Notes: a model not told the origin generated them from the letters alone. A stretch of 64,000 nucleotides of DNA from Malacoraja senta (GCA_038087875.1 CM075977.1:321098001-321162000); one strand, 5' to 3'; positions 11,733 through 24,809 are shown, counted from the first letter of the stretch. Program-made: numbers and translations.

Positions 11733-12842
11733 TAGATAGTTACAGTGTGGAAACAGGCCCTTCAGCCCAACCAGCCAACATGTCCCAGCTACACTAGTCC
11801 CACCTGCCCGTGTTTGGTCCAAATCCCTCCAAACCTGTCCTATCCATGCACCTGTCTAACTTTTTCTTAAACATTGGGATAGTCCCGACCTCAACTACTC
11901 CTCTGACAGCTTGTTCCATACACCACCACCCTTTGTGTGAAAAAGTTATCCCTCAGATTCCTATTAAATCTTTTCTCCTTCACCTTAAACCTATGTCCTC
12001 TGGGCAAGACATTCTGTGTATCTATCCGATCTATTCCTCTCATGATCTTATACAACTCTATAAGATCACCCCTCATCCTCCTGCGCTCCAAGGAATAGAG
12101 TCCCAGCCTACTCAACCTCTTCTTATAGCTCAGATCCTCTAGTCCTTGCAACATATGCGTAAATCTTCTCTGTACTCTTTCCAACTTGACAACATCTTTC
12201 GTATAAAATGGTGCCCAGAACTGAACACAATATTCTAAATGCGGCCTCACCAACGTCTTATACAACTGCAACATAACCTCTCAACTTCTATACTCAATGC
12301 TCTGACTGATGAAGGCCAATGTGCCAAAAGCCTTTTTGACCACCTTATCTACCTGGGACCTTCAAGCAACCATGCACCTGCACTCCTAGATCCCTCTACT
12401 CTACAACACTCCCCCAGAGCCCAACCATTGGGTCCTGCCCATGTTAGACTTCCTAAAATGCAACACCTCACATTTCTCTGTATTAAATACCATCAACCAT
12501 TCCTCAGCCCACCTGGCCAATCGATCAAGATCCTGCTGCAGTTTTTCACAACCATCTTCACTATCTGCAAAACCATCCACTTTTGTATCATCAGCAAACT
12601 TGCTAATCTTGCCATGTATGTTCTCATCCAAATCATTGATATAGGTGGCAAACAGTAACGAGCCCAGCATCTAACCCTGAGGCACACCACTAGTCACGGG
12701 CCTCCAGTCCGAGAAGTAACCTTCCACCATCACCCTCTGCCTCCTCCCATGAGCCAATTTTCTATCCATTCAGCTATCTCCCCTGGATCCCATGTGATCT
12801 ACCCTTCCAGAGCAGCCTACGATGCGGAACCTTGTCGAATGC
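11733..12842 (-). mobile_element. 5'-truncated CR1 LINE, second subfamily
   Basis: ORFs 12401-12670 (FADDTK) and 11891-12274 (LYKTLVRPHLEYCVQFW); 3' UTR gggcctgtttccacactgt. Confidence 0.93.
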
Positions 12843-13229
12843 TGTGTTTTTTCTTTAGCATGACCCAAGTCTTATTTGGAGCAGTGGTGTTCCACTTAGC
12901 ATCCGTGAACAGATTGGTGTGCTGACACCACTTGATAACACTAGCAATGTTTTCCATTACCTTTACCATTGAGAACTAGGGTCGTCAACTTTGTGTGGAC
13001 CTAATGGAGCTATTTTTCATGTGGTATAACTCACAGGATAGCTTAGATGGATTGACTCAGAAGGTCAGAGATTTAAGATTACAGCTGGATGTGTGGGCTC
13101 AATGCATTAACTGTTTGTTTATTATGTTGCTTTGGCTTAATTGTGGTTTCTGGAATAGTGGGAGCCTTAGGAAGAAACAGGTAGCTCATCCAGTCAGAAC
13201 CTTTAACTAAGCATGATTGCAAAATGTAT

Positions 13230-13345
13230 AGGAAGGAACTGCAGATGCTGGTTTAAACCGAAGATGGACACAAAAAGCTGGAGTAACTCAGCAGGACCAG
13301 AAGCTGCCTGTCCCGCTGAGTTACTCCAGCTTTTTGTGTATCTTC
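13230..13345. mobile_element. Short Penelope-terminal-repeat insertion with inverted arms and a 14-bp TSD
   Basis: ATTGCAAAATGTAT at 13216-13229 and 13346-13359; arms cacaaaaagctggagtaactcagc and gctgagttactccagctttttgtg. Confidence 0.8.
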
Positions 13346-13429
13346 ATTGCAAAATGTATGCTGGGCTCTTCCAGTGAAAATGTCCCTTAATTTAGTATTT
13401 TAATCATTGATTATGATTTTATGACTGGA

Positions 13430-13659
13430 TACCGGAGTCGCTGCCTCAAAAAGGCTGCCAGCATCATCAAAGACCCACACCATCCTGGCCACTCACTCAT
13501 CTCCCCGCTGCCTTCAGGTAGAAGGTACAGGAGCCCGAAATCTGCAGCATTCAGGCTAAGGAATAGCTCTTCCCCACAGCCATCAGGCTATTAAACTCAA
13601 CTCAAACAAAACTCTGATCATTAATAGCCCATTGCATTTAATCTGTTTATGTATGTGTG

Positions 13660-13690
<31 letters not shown>

Positions 13691-13827
13691 TCATTGGTAT
13701 ATGGTCACACTGAACTGTTCTGCTATGTATTTATTTATGCCTACTATATTCTGTTGTGCTGAAGCAAAGCAAGAATTTCATTGTCCTATCTGGGACACAT
13801 AACAATAAACTCTCTTGAATCTTGATC
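13430..13827 (+). mobile_element. Rex1/Babar-type LINE 3' end, with a (TA)n tract at about 13663-13691
   Basis: Translates RCLKKAASIIKDPHHPGHSLISPLPSGRRYRS, followed by a 3' UTR ending acaataaactctcttgaatcttga. Confidence 0.8.
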
Positions 13828-14538
13828 TAATCGTTTAGTTCTTGGTTTGTTTAGTATTGTCTGCAACACACAATGTTTGTTTTAGCATGCATGTCATTCA
13901 TTTCTACATTTATATTGAATGTCCCCAATTTTTAAACATTCCTGATCTGGTGACAAACGTTTCTGTATTAACCATTGAACTAGTATTGATCCATTGATTA
14001 TGATGATGATGTATGATTGATATTCTGGCCCACAGAGATCAAAGATAGTTGTTCAATGTAATCCTGTCGCTAATGTGTTGATAGGCCACAGTCCTCAGAA
14101 GCTGCTTAGTTTTGAACTGCCTGCATGTTCCTAGCACAGTGCAGGAGTCTGTGTCATTCCCTGGAACTGTAGGTTTATTAAAAGAAGATTCCTGTATAAT
14201 ATTGCCAGGCTGCTCCTTGGCTCATATGTCGATCATCTCTCCCAATGTTTACATGTTTTCAAGTGTTACTGAGAAGGACATTAATTAAATTTAAATTCCC
14301 TAAAGTATTTAAATTGCTGATTCCAGGTCCTTAATTCAGGCCTCTGGATATTCATCTAGTAATGTAACTATTACACATTTCAGGGGGATGGAATAGAAGG
14401 CTATGCTGTTGTTTGGGGTGAGTAAGGACGAAGGCGATAAGAATGGTGTATATGTGCAGGCTTGGCCTATATCTCAAGTTGTAGTGTCATACAGCACAGA
14501 AGCAAGCCATAATGATTTCAGTGTAGGGTTACTTGATG

Positions 14539-14763
14539 TGTAAGAAGGAACTGCAGATGCTGGTTTAAACTGAAGATAGACACAGCTTTCAATAGCCTGT
14601 TTCCTCTATCATTGTTACTTTTTTGCATATCTTGCATTCATTATTCTTTATCTCTCCACATCACCGTCTATATCTTTCATTTCCCTTATCCCTAACCAGT
14701 CTGAAGAAGGGTCTCGATCCAAAACATCACCCATTCCTTCTCTCCAGAGATGCTGCCTGTCCC
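14539..14763. mobile_element. Short Penelope-derived insertion (two oppositely oriented pieces) with a 16-bp TSD
   Basis: GTAGGGTTACTTGATG at 14523-14538 and 14764-14779; decayed hammerhead-like motif at 14701-14728. Confidence 0.8.
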
Positions 14764-14834
14764 GTAGGGTTACTTGATGGTTTGTACAGACTTGAGATGG
14801 GTCAAAGGGCCTTTACCTGTGCTGTGCAACTCTG

Positions 14835-16193
14835 GTGGTGGGGAAGATGCTGGGGTCAATCATAAAAGATGAAATAGCGGCATATTTGGATAGCAGTAAC
14901 AGGGTCGGTCCAAGTCAGCATGAATTTACGAAGGGGAAATCATGCTTGACTAATCTTCTGGAATTTTTTCAAGATGTAACTAGGAAAATGGACAAGGGAG
15001 AGCCAGTGGATGTAATGTACCTGGACTTTCAGAAAGCATTTGATAAGGTCCCACATAGGAGATTAGTGGGCAAAATTATGGCACATGGTATTGGGGGTAG
15101 AGTGCTGACATGGATAGAAAATTGGTTGGCAGACAAGAAACAAAGAGTAGGGATTAACGGGTCCCTTTCAGAATGGCAGGCAGTGACTAGTGGGGTACCC
15201 CAAGGCTCGGTGCTGGGACCACAGCTATTTACAATATACATCAATGATTTAGATGAAGGGATTCAAAGTAACATTAGCAAATGTGCAGATGACACAAAGC
15301 TGGGTGGCAGTGTGAACTGTGAGGAGGATGCTATGAGAATGCAAGGTGACTTGGACAGTGGGCAGATGCATGGCAGATGAAGTTTAATGTGGATAAATGT
15401 GAGGTTATCCAATTTGGTAGCAAAAACAGGAAGGCAGATTATTATCTAAATGGTGTCAAGTTGGGAAAAGGGGAAGTACAAAGGGATCTGGGGGTCCTTG
15501 TTCATCAGACAATGAAAGTAAGCATGCAGGTACAGCAGGCAGTGAAGAAAGCGAATGGCCTGTTGGCCTTCATAACAAGAGGAATTGAGTATAGGAGCAA
15601 AGAGGTCCTTCTGCAGTTGTACAGGGGCATAGTGAGACCACACCTGGAGTATTGTGTGCAGTTTTGGACACCTAATTTGAGGAAGGACATTCTTGCTATT
15701 GAGGGAGTGCAGCATAGGTTTACAAGGTTAATTCCCGGGATGGTGGGACTGTCATATGATGAGAGAATTGAGCGGCTGGGGCTTGTGTACTCTGGAATTT
15801 AGAAGGATGAGAGGGCATCTTATTGAAACATATAAGATTATTAAGGGTTTGGACACGCTAGAGGCAGGAAACATGTTCCCGATGTTGGGGGAGTCCAGAG
15901 CCAGGGGCCACAGTTTAGGAATAAGGGGTAAGCCATTCAGATGGGAGATGAGAAAAAACTTTTTCCCACAGAGTTGAGAGTCTGGAATTCTCTGCCTCGG
16001 AGGGTGGTGGAGGCGAGTTCTCTGGATACTTTCAAGAGAGAGCTAGATAGGGCTCTTAAAGATAGCGGAGTCAGTGGATATAGGGAGAAGGCAGGAACGG
16101 GGTACTGATTGGGGATGATCAACCATGATCACATTGAATGGCGGTGTTGGCTCGAAGGGCCGAATGGCCTACTCCTGCACCTATTGTCTATTG
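14835..16193 (+). mobile_element. 5'-truncated CR1 LINE (RT to 3' UTR)
   Basis: ORFs 14835-15380, 15377-15802 and 15756-15977 with RT motifs; tail cctattgtctattg. Confidence 0.95.
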
Positions 16194-16924
16194 ACTCTAA
16201 AACTATTTTTAAATGAGTTTTAAAAGTTTCATTTTTCATTTTATGGCACCCATTGTGTAATGGTAGAACAAATTATCAGTTGTTTATATCCCCCAAATGT
16301 GTAGGAGAGAAAGATGTGCAATGGCTTCCAAGTGCTGTTCAACGCGACATAGATGGTTTGCTGGCCTTGATGTTTAGTGCTTTTTTTTTTAATTTTGCTG
16401 GCATAAAATGTGGTGCTGGCCTAATTACACAATATGCATTTGGTATTGTTGCTCCAGTGCAGTCTGGAAAACTTGTAGGCTAGTGCTGCCATTGACCTTT
16501 GCATGCACAAGTAATCTCAATGTTAAGGGGAAAAGATGATCCAATTCTTTGGTCTTCAAGTAAAGGTATGGTAAAACAGTTAAATTCTAATGGTGCTTAT
16601 TTTCAAATCCACTCCTTTAGTATGGTGTTTCCAGTGCTGGTTTAAACAGGATGCTGCTCCAAAACATCGGCAAATGTTACTTGTGGATCACAGGTCCCCT
16701 CCCCCATTTTACAAACACCCGACTTGCATACAGCCCATTCAGAAGACCGGCGCGATAGATTTTCTGGCTGCTGCAGGCATTTTCTGCCATGTGATAACTT
16801 TGTTTGCAGCCGCATTTCAAAATGTGAATTGTTTAGTTTATGAATAATTCTCAAGAATGGAACCCTCCATGTGGAGGACCTGTATAAAGTTTTGTATAAG
16901 AGTTTATTAAGAATAAAGATGCTT

Positions 16925-17675
16925 TTATTCAAAAGTTAGGTTGAATAAATTTTATTCAAATATTTCTCCCATCTGTGATAAATGTCTTTCTCAAAATGCC
17001 AATATCACACATTCTTTCGTTTCTTGCACAAAACGTCATGGATTTTGGTGTGATATATTTGATATATTTACTAGTTTATTTAAGATAAAAAATGGAACCT
17101 AATATGGAAATGATTATCTTTGGAGTAATAGGAGATGGAAACAAATTAAATATATCCCAAATTTCATTTTTTAATTATGGTTTAATAACAGCAAAAAAAA
17201 TCATACTTAAATTTTGGAAAAATGCTACTATACCAACACTCAAAATGTGGATTGGTAATATGTTGGAAACTGCTCACTTGGAAGAAATGAGACTCCTGCT
17301 AATAGATAAACAAGAGCAATTCTTAACAAGTTGGTCTCCATTTATTGACCTTGTGGATTCATGTGGTGCAATAGTATTGTAAAATAAAAAAATTCTGGGT
17401 TTGGGCGAAAAATGATTAAGAACATAAAAAAGCATCGACTTGTGGCGAGGGAGAATCTCCTTTCTGCTTCACTTTCTTACTTATTTCTTTTCTTTACTTC
17501 ACACTCACTAGACTTTTCTTTACTCTACTTTCTTTCTCATTTCTTTCTAAAAAAATTTAAAAAAAAGGAAGTTGTACATAGAATGTTTTAATAATTCTGG
17601 GAACCTGTAAAAAGGTACCATCAAAATGTAACGTACTTCTAATAAATTGAAAAAAAGAAAAAAAGAAGAAAAAAA
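16925..17675 (+). mobile_element. 5'-truncated L1-clade LINE with poly(A) tail and a 16-bp TSD
   Basis: CCHC knuckle CDKCLSQNANITHSFVSC upstream of and in frame with ORF 17092-17382; AATAAA 17641-17646; A-rich tail; TSD AAGAATAAAGATGCTT at 16909-16924 and 17676-17691, at a TT|AAGAA site. Confidence 0.9.
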
Positions 17676-18221
17676 AAGAATAAAGATGCTTGATTTTACT
17701 TTTATGGGAAGACAGGAACAAAATTACTGTGGAATTCAGGAGGATTCTGCAGGTTTTTTTTAAATGGCTGGAATTGTACCGACTGACAAAACACTGGCTC
17801 TCATTCCATTAAAACTGACTAAAATGTAGAAACAGGGGGATTCTGTTATTACCTTGGTATATTTTGTAATATCTGTAGTGTTTACATTGACACAGTTTGG
17901 AAATAACCATGATTAATTTCTGTGCAAATTAAAAAACATGCAAAGGTAGTCTGGTTTTATTTTACCAATGCATGTGATGTCATTTTGGTTTTAAATTCAC
18001 CCCTGTAGAATACATTTTTCTCATTTTGAGTTTGTATTCCTCACTTGTATTAGCAGGCTAAATTTAACCATGCTCTGTATGTTCTTTATAATTTTGCGTA
18101 ATATTGTCTGGCGTTATACAGTGCAACTATTTGTGATAAGACCTAATAGATACTCCTGCTTTAGAAAATATTGTTTTTACTCTGGCATTTGCAGTTTTTG
18201 ACTTTTGTATTTCTTCTACAG

Positions 18222-18296
18222 AATGCAGTAATAGTGGCCTTGTCTTCACAATCCTGGGACGTGGAATGTGCAACAGAACGACTGCTCAGTAACTGA
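18222..18296 (+). CDS. UBE2K: UBE2K last coding exon: NAVIVALSSQSWDVECATERLLSN*
   Basis: Acceptor ttcttctacag ends at 18221; TGA at 18294-18296; matches the UBE2K UBA C-terminus. Confidence 0.97.
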   Translation, partial: NAVIVALSSQSWDVECATERLLSN

Positions 18297-19250
18297 GGAA
18301 TTTGGGATTACTTCTGTAGCCAGATGTCCATTCATTGACAAACACCTCTGCCCTTTGTTCTTACTGGGTTCTGCATAGATTCCATTTTAAACATCACTGT
18401 AATACGTGATAATCGCTTTAAACAAGACTGGATTCGATGCTCTGTAAATAAAGCTCTCAAAAGATCTGTGTAAATTAAAACAAAGGGGAAACGTGAAATA
18501 CTTTAAGTTTTTTTCCTACTCTGCATTGTAAGGATCCTGATTGAGTTGCATTCATCCCCGAAGATGACACAGTACACCTGCTTTAGTGCAGTTTAACAAA
18601 ATGACTAAGGTTTTCAATTGCATCAATTTGTTCTTGATAAAAACATGTAATGTTGACTACATCTTAAAATATGGTTGTTTTCTACTTTTTGTATGTGTCA
18701 TGGCTATTAAGCAGCCAGTGCTTCTGATCAAACTTTCTATTTGGTTTGCTAGTTACTGGAGGCTGCTTCACCGTTTAATTGTGGCAATATTGCACAAGTT
18801 GTACTGGAGACATTTTCGAGTTAAGTCTTCATGGGTACCAAATCAAAGGTTGAGGCATTTGCCTGATAATGAATGGATTACTTGATTATTCTTCCATGGT
18901 TACATTGTTCTCCTAAAGCCTTTGCTATGACACAGTCAAAAAGTCTCGACACGCTAGGTTTTCTTAATGGTTGTAGCTGTTAAGTAATGTGGTAACCACT
19001 TTCAATTACTTAACAGGTGCTTAAATATTCAGTCCCAGCTTGAGCGTCACATTTTCTTTAATTTACTTTGGAGGCTGTGGTGGCTGTTCTCTTGCTGTAC
19101 ATAATTTAAAGTTCACTTAGAAATAGAGGTGTGTTATTGATCAGATTGTCTGCACTCTATTGAGTATCTCTGAAAGTTCCAATAATGGGATATTTCCTGT
19201 ATATACAGCCAAGCTTTCTATTCGTATTAAAATATTTCATCTTGAGTTTC
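18297..19250 (+). other. UBE2K: UBE2K 3' UTR (extent inferred), with candidate poly(A) signals AATAAA 18447-18452 and ATTAAA 19226-19231
   Basis: Repeat-free AU-rich sequence after the stop codon; hexamers are seen directly, their use is inferred. Confidence 0.55.
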
Positions 19251-19581
19251 CACTAACGTTGGGGTTATTTAATATGATCGATTTCTGAATTTGAGACATG
19301 TATTAATTTTGAGGAATTGAAAAAAATGATTTTTCTTTAAGTTGTACGTGTCTATCTTCAGAAAAGATTTTTATTTGCTGACTAAGTGCTTGCTGGAAAT
19401 TAGAACAGTAGTCATTCCAATATCATATCTTTAAGAAAATATCAATTTCTGTTTGCTTAACTGAGGAACGGTGCATCCTTTTAACATTTACATTGGGAAT
19501 GTGATGAACTGAACTTTCAGATTGTAGTCAGAAGAATTTGACTTGATTTATTAGCCTTGTTCAGTCTTATCGGTGACTACA

Positions 19582-19677
19582 GGTAGACACAAAATGCTGC
19601 AGTAACTCAGCGGGACAGGCAGCATCTCTGGCGAGAAGGAATGGGTGACGTTTTGGGTCGAGACCCTTCTTCAGACT
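19582..19677 (-). mobile_element. Short Penelope-terminal-repeat fragment with a mutated hammerhead motif
   Basis: Reverse complement gtctgaagaagggtctcgacccaaaacgtcaccc; TCGGTGACT is repeated at 19570-19578 and 19688-19696. Confidence 0.75.
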
Positions 19678-20204
19678 ATTTGTCTATTCGGTGACTGTAC
19701 TCTATTCTCTGGAATTGCAACTCTTCCAACCTCACATTATATTTAAATTGCAAATTCTGTTATCGTATGAATTTTCACACTTATCAAGAATGCCATTTGC
19801 TGTAATTGGCTGCTGAAAAAATTAACTGAGCAACTGTGTCTGTGTTTGGAATAACAGAAACGGATCCCTGCGAACCATCAAGTACTCATCTTTACTTATC
19901 CCATTTTCAGGCACAGTCTATAGCCTTCCATGCTGTGGTTACACCACTGCTTGTCTAGGTACCACTTAAATGTTGTCAGATAACATGCTCTCACCACCCC
20001 GTCAGGCGGTGTGTTCCAGTCTTCAACCATTCACTAAGCGGAAAAATTCTCTTGGCATCCCTCTATACTTACTACTCATCTTAAATCAAAACATTCTAGT
20101 TTTACACAGTTCTGCTAGGGGGAAACATTTTCTTTGATCAATCCTATACACCCCACATAATTTTGTATACCTATATTAAGGTCTTCTCAGCTGCCCCTGC
20201 ACAA

Positions 20205-21772
20205 AGGTAATGTGGTTAGGTAAACTGTTGAGACTAAATCCCCAGGGCCTGATGGTCTGCATCCCAGAGTACTCAAGGAGGTGGCCCTAGAAATCGTGGA
20301 AGCATTGTTGATCATTTTCCAATGTTCCCTCGACTCTGGATCAGTTCCTGTGGACTGGAGGATAGCCAATGTAACTTTTTAAGAAAGGAGGGAGAGAGAA
20401 AATGGGGAATTATAGACCAGTTAGTCTTACAACAGTAATGGGGAAGATGCTTGAGTCGATTGTTAAAGATGTTATAGCAGCACATTTGGAAAGCAGTGAC
20501 AGGATCGGTCAAAGTCAGCATGGATTTATGAAGGGGAAATCATGCTTGATTAATCTTCTGGAATTTTTTGAGGATGTAACTAGAATGGATATGGGAGAGC
20601 CAGTGGATGTGGTGTATCTGGACTTTCAAAAGGCCTTTGACAAGGTCCCATACAAGAGATTGGTGTGCAAAATGGTATTGGGGGTAATGTATTGACATGG
20701 ATGGAGAACTGGTTGGCACACAGGTAGCAAAGAATATGAATTAACGGGTCCTTTTCAGAATGGCAGGCAGTGATTTGTGGGGTGCTGCAAGGCTCGGTGC
20801 TGGGACCCCAGTTATTTACAATATATATTAACGATTTAGACAAGGGAATTAAATGTGACATCTCCAAGTTTACAGATGACACAAACCTGGGTGACCTGCG
20901 AGGAGGATGCTATGAGGCTGCAGGGTGACTTGGATTGGTTGGGTGTGTGGGCAGAAGCATAGCAGATGCAGTATAATGTGGATAAATGTGAGGTTATCCA
21001 CGTTGGTGGCCAGAACAGGAAGCCAGATTATTATCAGAATGGTGTCAGATTAGGAAAAGGGGAGGTGTAACGAGACCTGGGTGTCCTTGTAGAGCGGTCA
21101 CTGAAAGTAAGCATGCAGGTACAGCAGGCAGTGAAGAAAGCTAATGACATGTTGACCTTCATTGCGAGAGGATTTGAGTTTAGGAGTAAGGAGGTCCTAC
21201 TGAAGTTGTACAGAGCCCTGGTGAGACCGCACCTGGAGTATTGTGTGCAATTTTGGTCTCCTAATTTGAGGAAGGACATTATTGCTATTGAGCGTAGGTT
21301 CACCAGGTTAATTCCCGGGATGGCAGGACTGACATATGATGGGTCAGCTGGGCATGTATTCATTGGAATTTAGAAGGATGAGAGGGAATCTTACAGAAAC
21401 ATATAAAATTCTTAAAGGATTGGACAGGCTAGATGCAGGAACAATGTTCCACATGTTGGGGGACTCCAGAACCAGGGGTCACAGTTTAAGAATAAGGGGT
21501 GGCCATTTATGACTGAGATGAGGAAACAATTTTTCACCCAGAGAGTTGTGAATCAGTGGAATTTTCTGCCACAGTGGAGGCCAATTCACCGGATGTTTTC
21601 ATAGAGAGAGCTAGATTTAGCTCTTAGGGCTAAAGGAATCGAGGGATATAGGGGGGAAACGCAGGAACGGGGTATTGATTTTAGATGATCAGCCATGATC
21701 ATATTGAATGGCAGTGCTGGCTCGAAGGATGGAATGGCCTACTCCTGCACCTATTTTTCTTTGTTTCTATGT
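20205..21772 (+). mobile_element. 5'-truncated CR1 LINE
   Basis: KSPGPDGLHPRVLKE; ORFs 20402-20695 and 21113-21373; 3' UTR ending ctatttttctttgtttctatg. Confidence 0.93.
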
Positions 21773-21859
21773 GAACAGAGCTTATTTAGTCTACTTTTAA
21801 TTGAGATGCATCATCCAAAGCAGCATCCTGATCCATCTCTGCGGCATCCTTTTCAGTGC

Positions 21860-22330
21860 AACCATATCCTTCCTGTTGAGTAGTGACCAGAACTGTTCGT
21901 AGTATACCAGCCATTGCCCAATCAAAATTTTTATAACCTCCCTACTCTTGTGTTCTGTGCCCAGCTAATGAAGGCAAATACCTTGTATTTCTTCATAACC
22001 ACCTCTACCTATGCTGCCACCTTCAAGGAACTTTGGACGAAGACAGGTATTTTCCTCAATACTCCCAAGGCCCTACCATTCATTATGTATGCCCTATATT
22101 TATAAGGCCTTCCAAAGGACATTACCTGGCATGTATCAGGATTACATTTTATCTGCCATTGCTCTGCCCATTTAACCAAATAAACAATATCATCCTGAGG
22201 CCTGCGATTATTCTCCTCACTGTTAATAACCTCTCCAAATTTCATTTCATCTGCAAAGTTATGAATCTCACGTTCTACATTCATATCCAAATCATTAAAG
22301 TACACAATGAACAGTCAGGATCTCAACATC
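21860..22330 (-). mobile_element. Old CR1 RT fragment
   Basis: ORF 22009-22305: NDLD...FADEMKFG...WAEQWQIKCN. Confidence 0.75.
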
Positions 22331-23190
22331 TCAAAAGGCAGCAATCTCTTATTCAGCTTCATGAGTTTGTGAGGGAAATTGTGACCGTAATTAAGATTTC
22401 TGTATATTTCCTACCACATCTTCACCTGAACATGGTTGTTGATACTGATATATTTTTCTGGGTGGTAATTGTCTTCAATAGCTTTTGTGTCCATTTGTCA
22501 TGCAATATCTTCCAGAATGACTTGGGATAGATTACTTGACCATGAAAGTCGTGGAGTAGGTTGGCAATAGTGTGGGCATTATAGTTAGACCATGGCTGCA
22601 GGAAGGAAAATAGGGACAGTAGTTGTTCCCTCCTTTGTAGACTGGGAAACAGGCCAATTTTGCTGCAATAGTGCAATTAGTAACTCCCCACAGACCACAC
22701 ATTGAGAACAGCAAAGCACTTATCCTTATTTGTTAAACTGTTGAAGTAACAAAAGTGAAAGTAAACATTGTGTGACCATGTAGCAGAGAAATTTTATCAA
22801 ACTGGTGAAATTGAAGTTGTGCACCCCTTTTCTCCATGGTGTGGTTGTAATTAAATTGGGGGGGGGGGGCGAGAAACCAGACTTAATGGCCCCTTTATTG
22901 CACATTTGCAGAAATGGGCTTCTACTTAGTTTTTAAAAATATATACATGCCAAATTATTGCCTTAAAAGCAATTGGTTCCTAAAAATATGTAGAATTGAC
23001 CCTACCTGGGAAGTCAAACCAGGGCAGGATCTTCACAGTGAATGGTGGGCCCTGGGAGTGTTGTAGACCAGAGGGATCCAGGAGTACAGGTACATAGTTC
23101 TCTGAAAATGATGTCATGGGTAGATAATAGGGTGGTAAAGAAGGATTTTGGTACATTGGCCGTCATCAGTGGGGGGTTTGAATATAGAAT

Positions 23191-24127
23191 GTGTAGGAAG
23201 GAACTGCAGATGGTGGTTTAAACTGAAGATAGACACAAAATGCTGGGAATAACTCAGTAGGACAGGCAGCATCTCTGGAGAGAAGGAATGGGTGACGTTT
23301 CGGGTCGAGACCCTTCTTCAGACAGAGTCAGAGGAGAGGGAGACACAGATATGGAAGGGTAAGGTGTCAAAATGAAACATTAAAGGGGAGGGGACGTAGC
23401 TCAAGGAAAATGTAGAATAGATAATTGTTAGCTAGGGGAATATGACAACGAAGCAGACAAAGATAAAATTTAATCAGGAAGACAGTCAGACTGGTCAGAG
23501 AACTGGGATGGAGAGGGAATGCAGGGGTTACTTGAAGCTAGAGAAATCAATATTAATACCACTAGGTTGTAAGCTGCCCAAGCAAAATATGAGATGCTGT
23601 TCCTCCAATTTGTGTTTAGCCTCACTCTGACAGTGGAGGTGGCCTAGGCCAGAAAGGTCAGTGTGGGAATGGGAAGGGGAATTCAAGTAATTAGCAATCG
23701 GGAGATCAGGTAGGTCCAGGCGGACTGAGTGAAGGTGTTCAGTGAAATGATCGCCCAGTCTACGTTTGGACTCGCCGATGTATAAGAGTCCACATCTTGA
23801 ACAATGGTTACAGTAGATGAGATTGGAGGAGGTGCAAGTGAACCTCTGCCTGACCTAAAAGGACTGTTGGGGTCCTTGGACAGAGTCGAGGGAGGAGGTA
23901 TAGGGACAGGGGTTGCATCTCCTGCGGTTGCAGGGCAAGGCACCTGGGGAGGGGGTGGTTTGGTGGGAAGGAATGAGATAACCAGAGAGTTGCAGAGGGA
24001 ACGGTCTCTGTGGAAGGCGGAAAGGGGTGGAGATGGGAAGATGTGACTAGTGGTGGGATCCCTTTGGAGGTGGTGAAAATGTCGGAGGATTGTGTGTTGT
24101 ACGAAAATGTTGGAGGATTATGTTTTG
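23191..24127 (-). mobile_element. Penelope-like element (Neptune-type) 3' fragment: Cys-rich linker, GIY-YIG endonuclease and terminal repeat
   Basis: Minus strand reads LPCNRRRCNPCP...VRQRFTCTSSNLIYCNHCSRCGLLYIGESKRRLGDHFTEH with a stop; intact hammerhead motif at 23294-23321. Confidence 0.88.
23291..23323 (-). ncRNA. Minimal type I hammerhead ribozyme motif (representative intact copy)
   Basis: CTGAAGA-A-GGGT(CTCG)ACCC-GAAAC-GTC: CUGANGA box, helix II, GAAA box, palindromic ACGT helix III and a GUC cleavage triplet. Confidence 0.7.
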
Positions 24128-24809
24128 TATGTTACAATTATACAACTTGGTGAGGCCACATTTGGAGCACCTTGCTCAGCAGTTTAGATCACCCTGCTAT
24201 AGAAAGGATGTCATTAAGTTGGAAAGAATGCAGAGAAGATTTAGAAGGATGTTGCCAGGGGTTATGGGGAAAGGTTGGGCAGACTAGGAGTTTATTTCTA
24301 GGAGCGCAGAAGGTTGAGGGTGATCTTATAGAGGTGTATAACATGAGGGAAACCGGGTGAATGCAGAGTCTTTAATCCAGGGTAGGGGAATCAAGAACCA
24401 GAAGACAAAGGTTTAAGATGAGAGGGACAAGATTTAACAGGAGCATAAGATGCAGCTTTTTTGCTCAAATGGTGGTGGGTATATGGAACAATCTGTCAAA
24501 GGAGCTAATTGAGGAAGGTTGTATTATCGCATTTAAAGACACTTGGACAGGTGCATGGATAGGATGGGTTTAGAGGAATATAGGCTAAATGTGGACAAAT
24601 GGGAGAAGCTCATATGGGCCATCTTGGTTGGAATGGAGGAGTTGGGCCTGTTTCTGCTGTATGACCTGATGTGATTTTTGTGGGAGGCAGTTTCAGATCT
24701 CTACGATCATTTGTGCAAAGTGCTTGCTGAGATAATCCTGAGTATTTTAACTGTAATTCTGAATCTCTCTTCCTCCCCCCATTTCCGTCTGCTCTCTGCA
24801 GAGGACGTA

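Larger units (their letters stand above)
23005..24668 (+). mobile_element. CR1 3' fragment split by a Penelope insertion (CR1 parts about 23005-23190 and 24128-24668)
   Basis: CR1 text ...gggtttgaatatagaat stops at 23190 and resumes as atgttacaattatacaacttggtgaggccacatttggag. Confidence 0.8.

Noticed and set aside
18222-18296. UBA substitutions relative to human UBE2K (ETATELLL to ECATERLL)
   Set aside because: The MGF loop and terminal LL are retained; nothing supports a functional change without an alignment.
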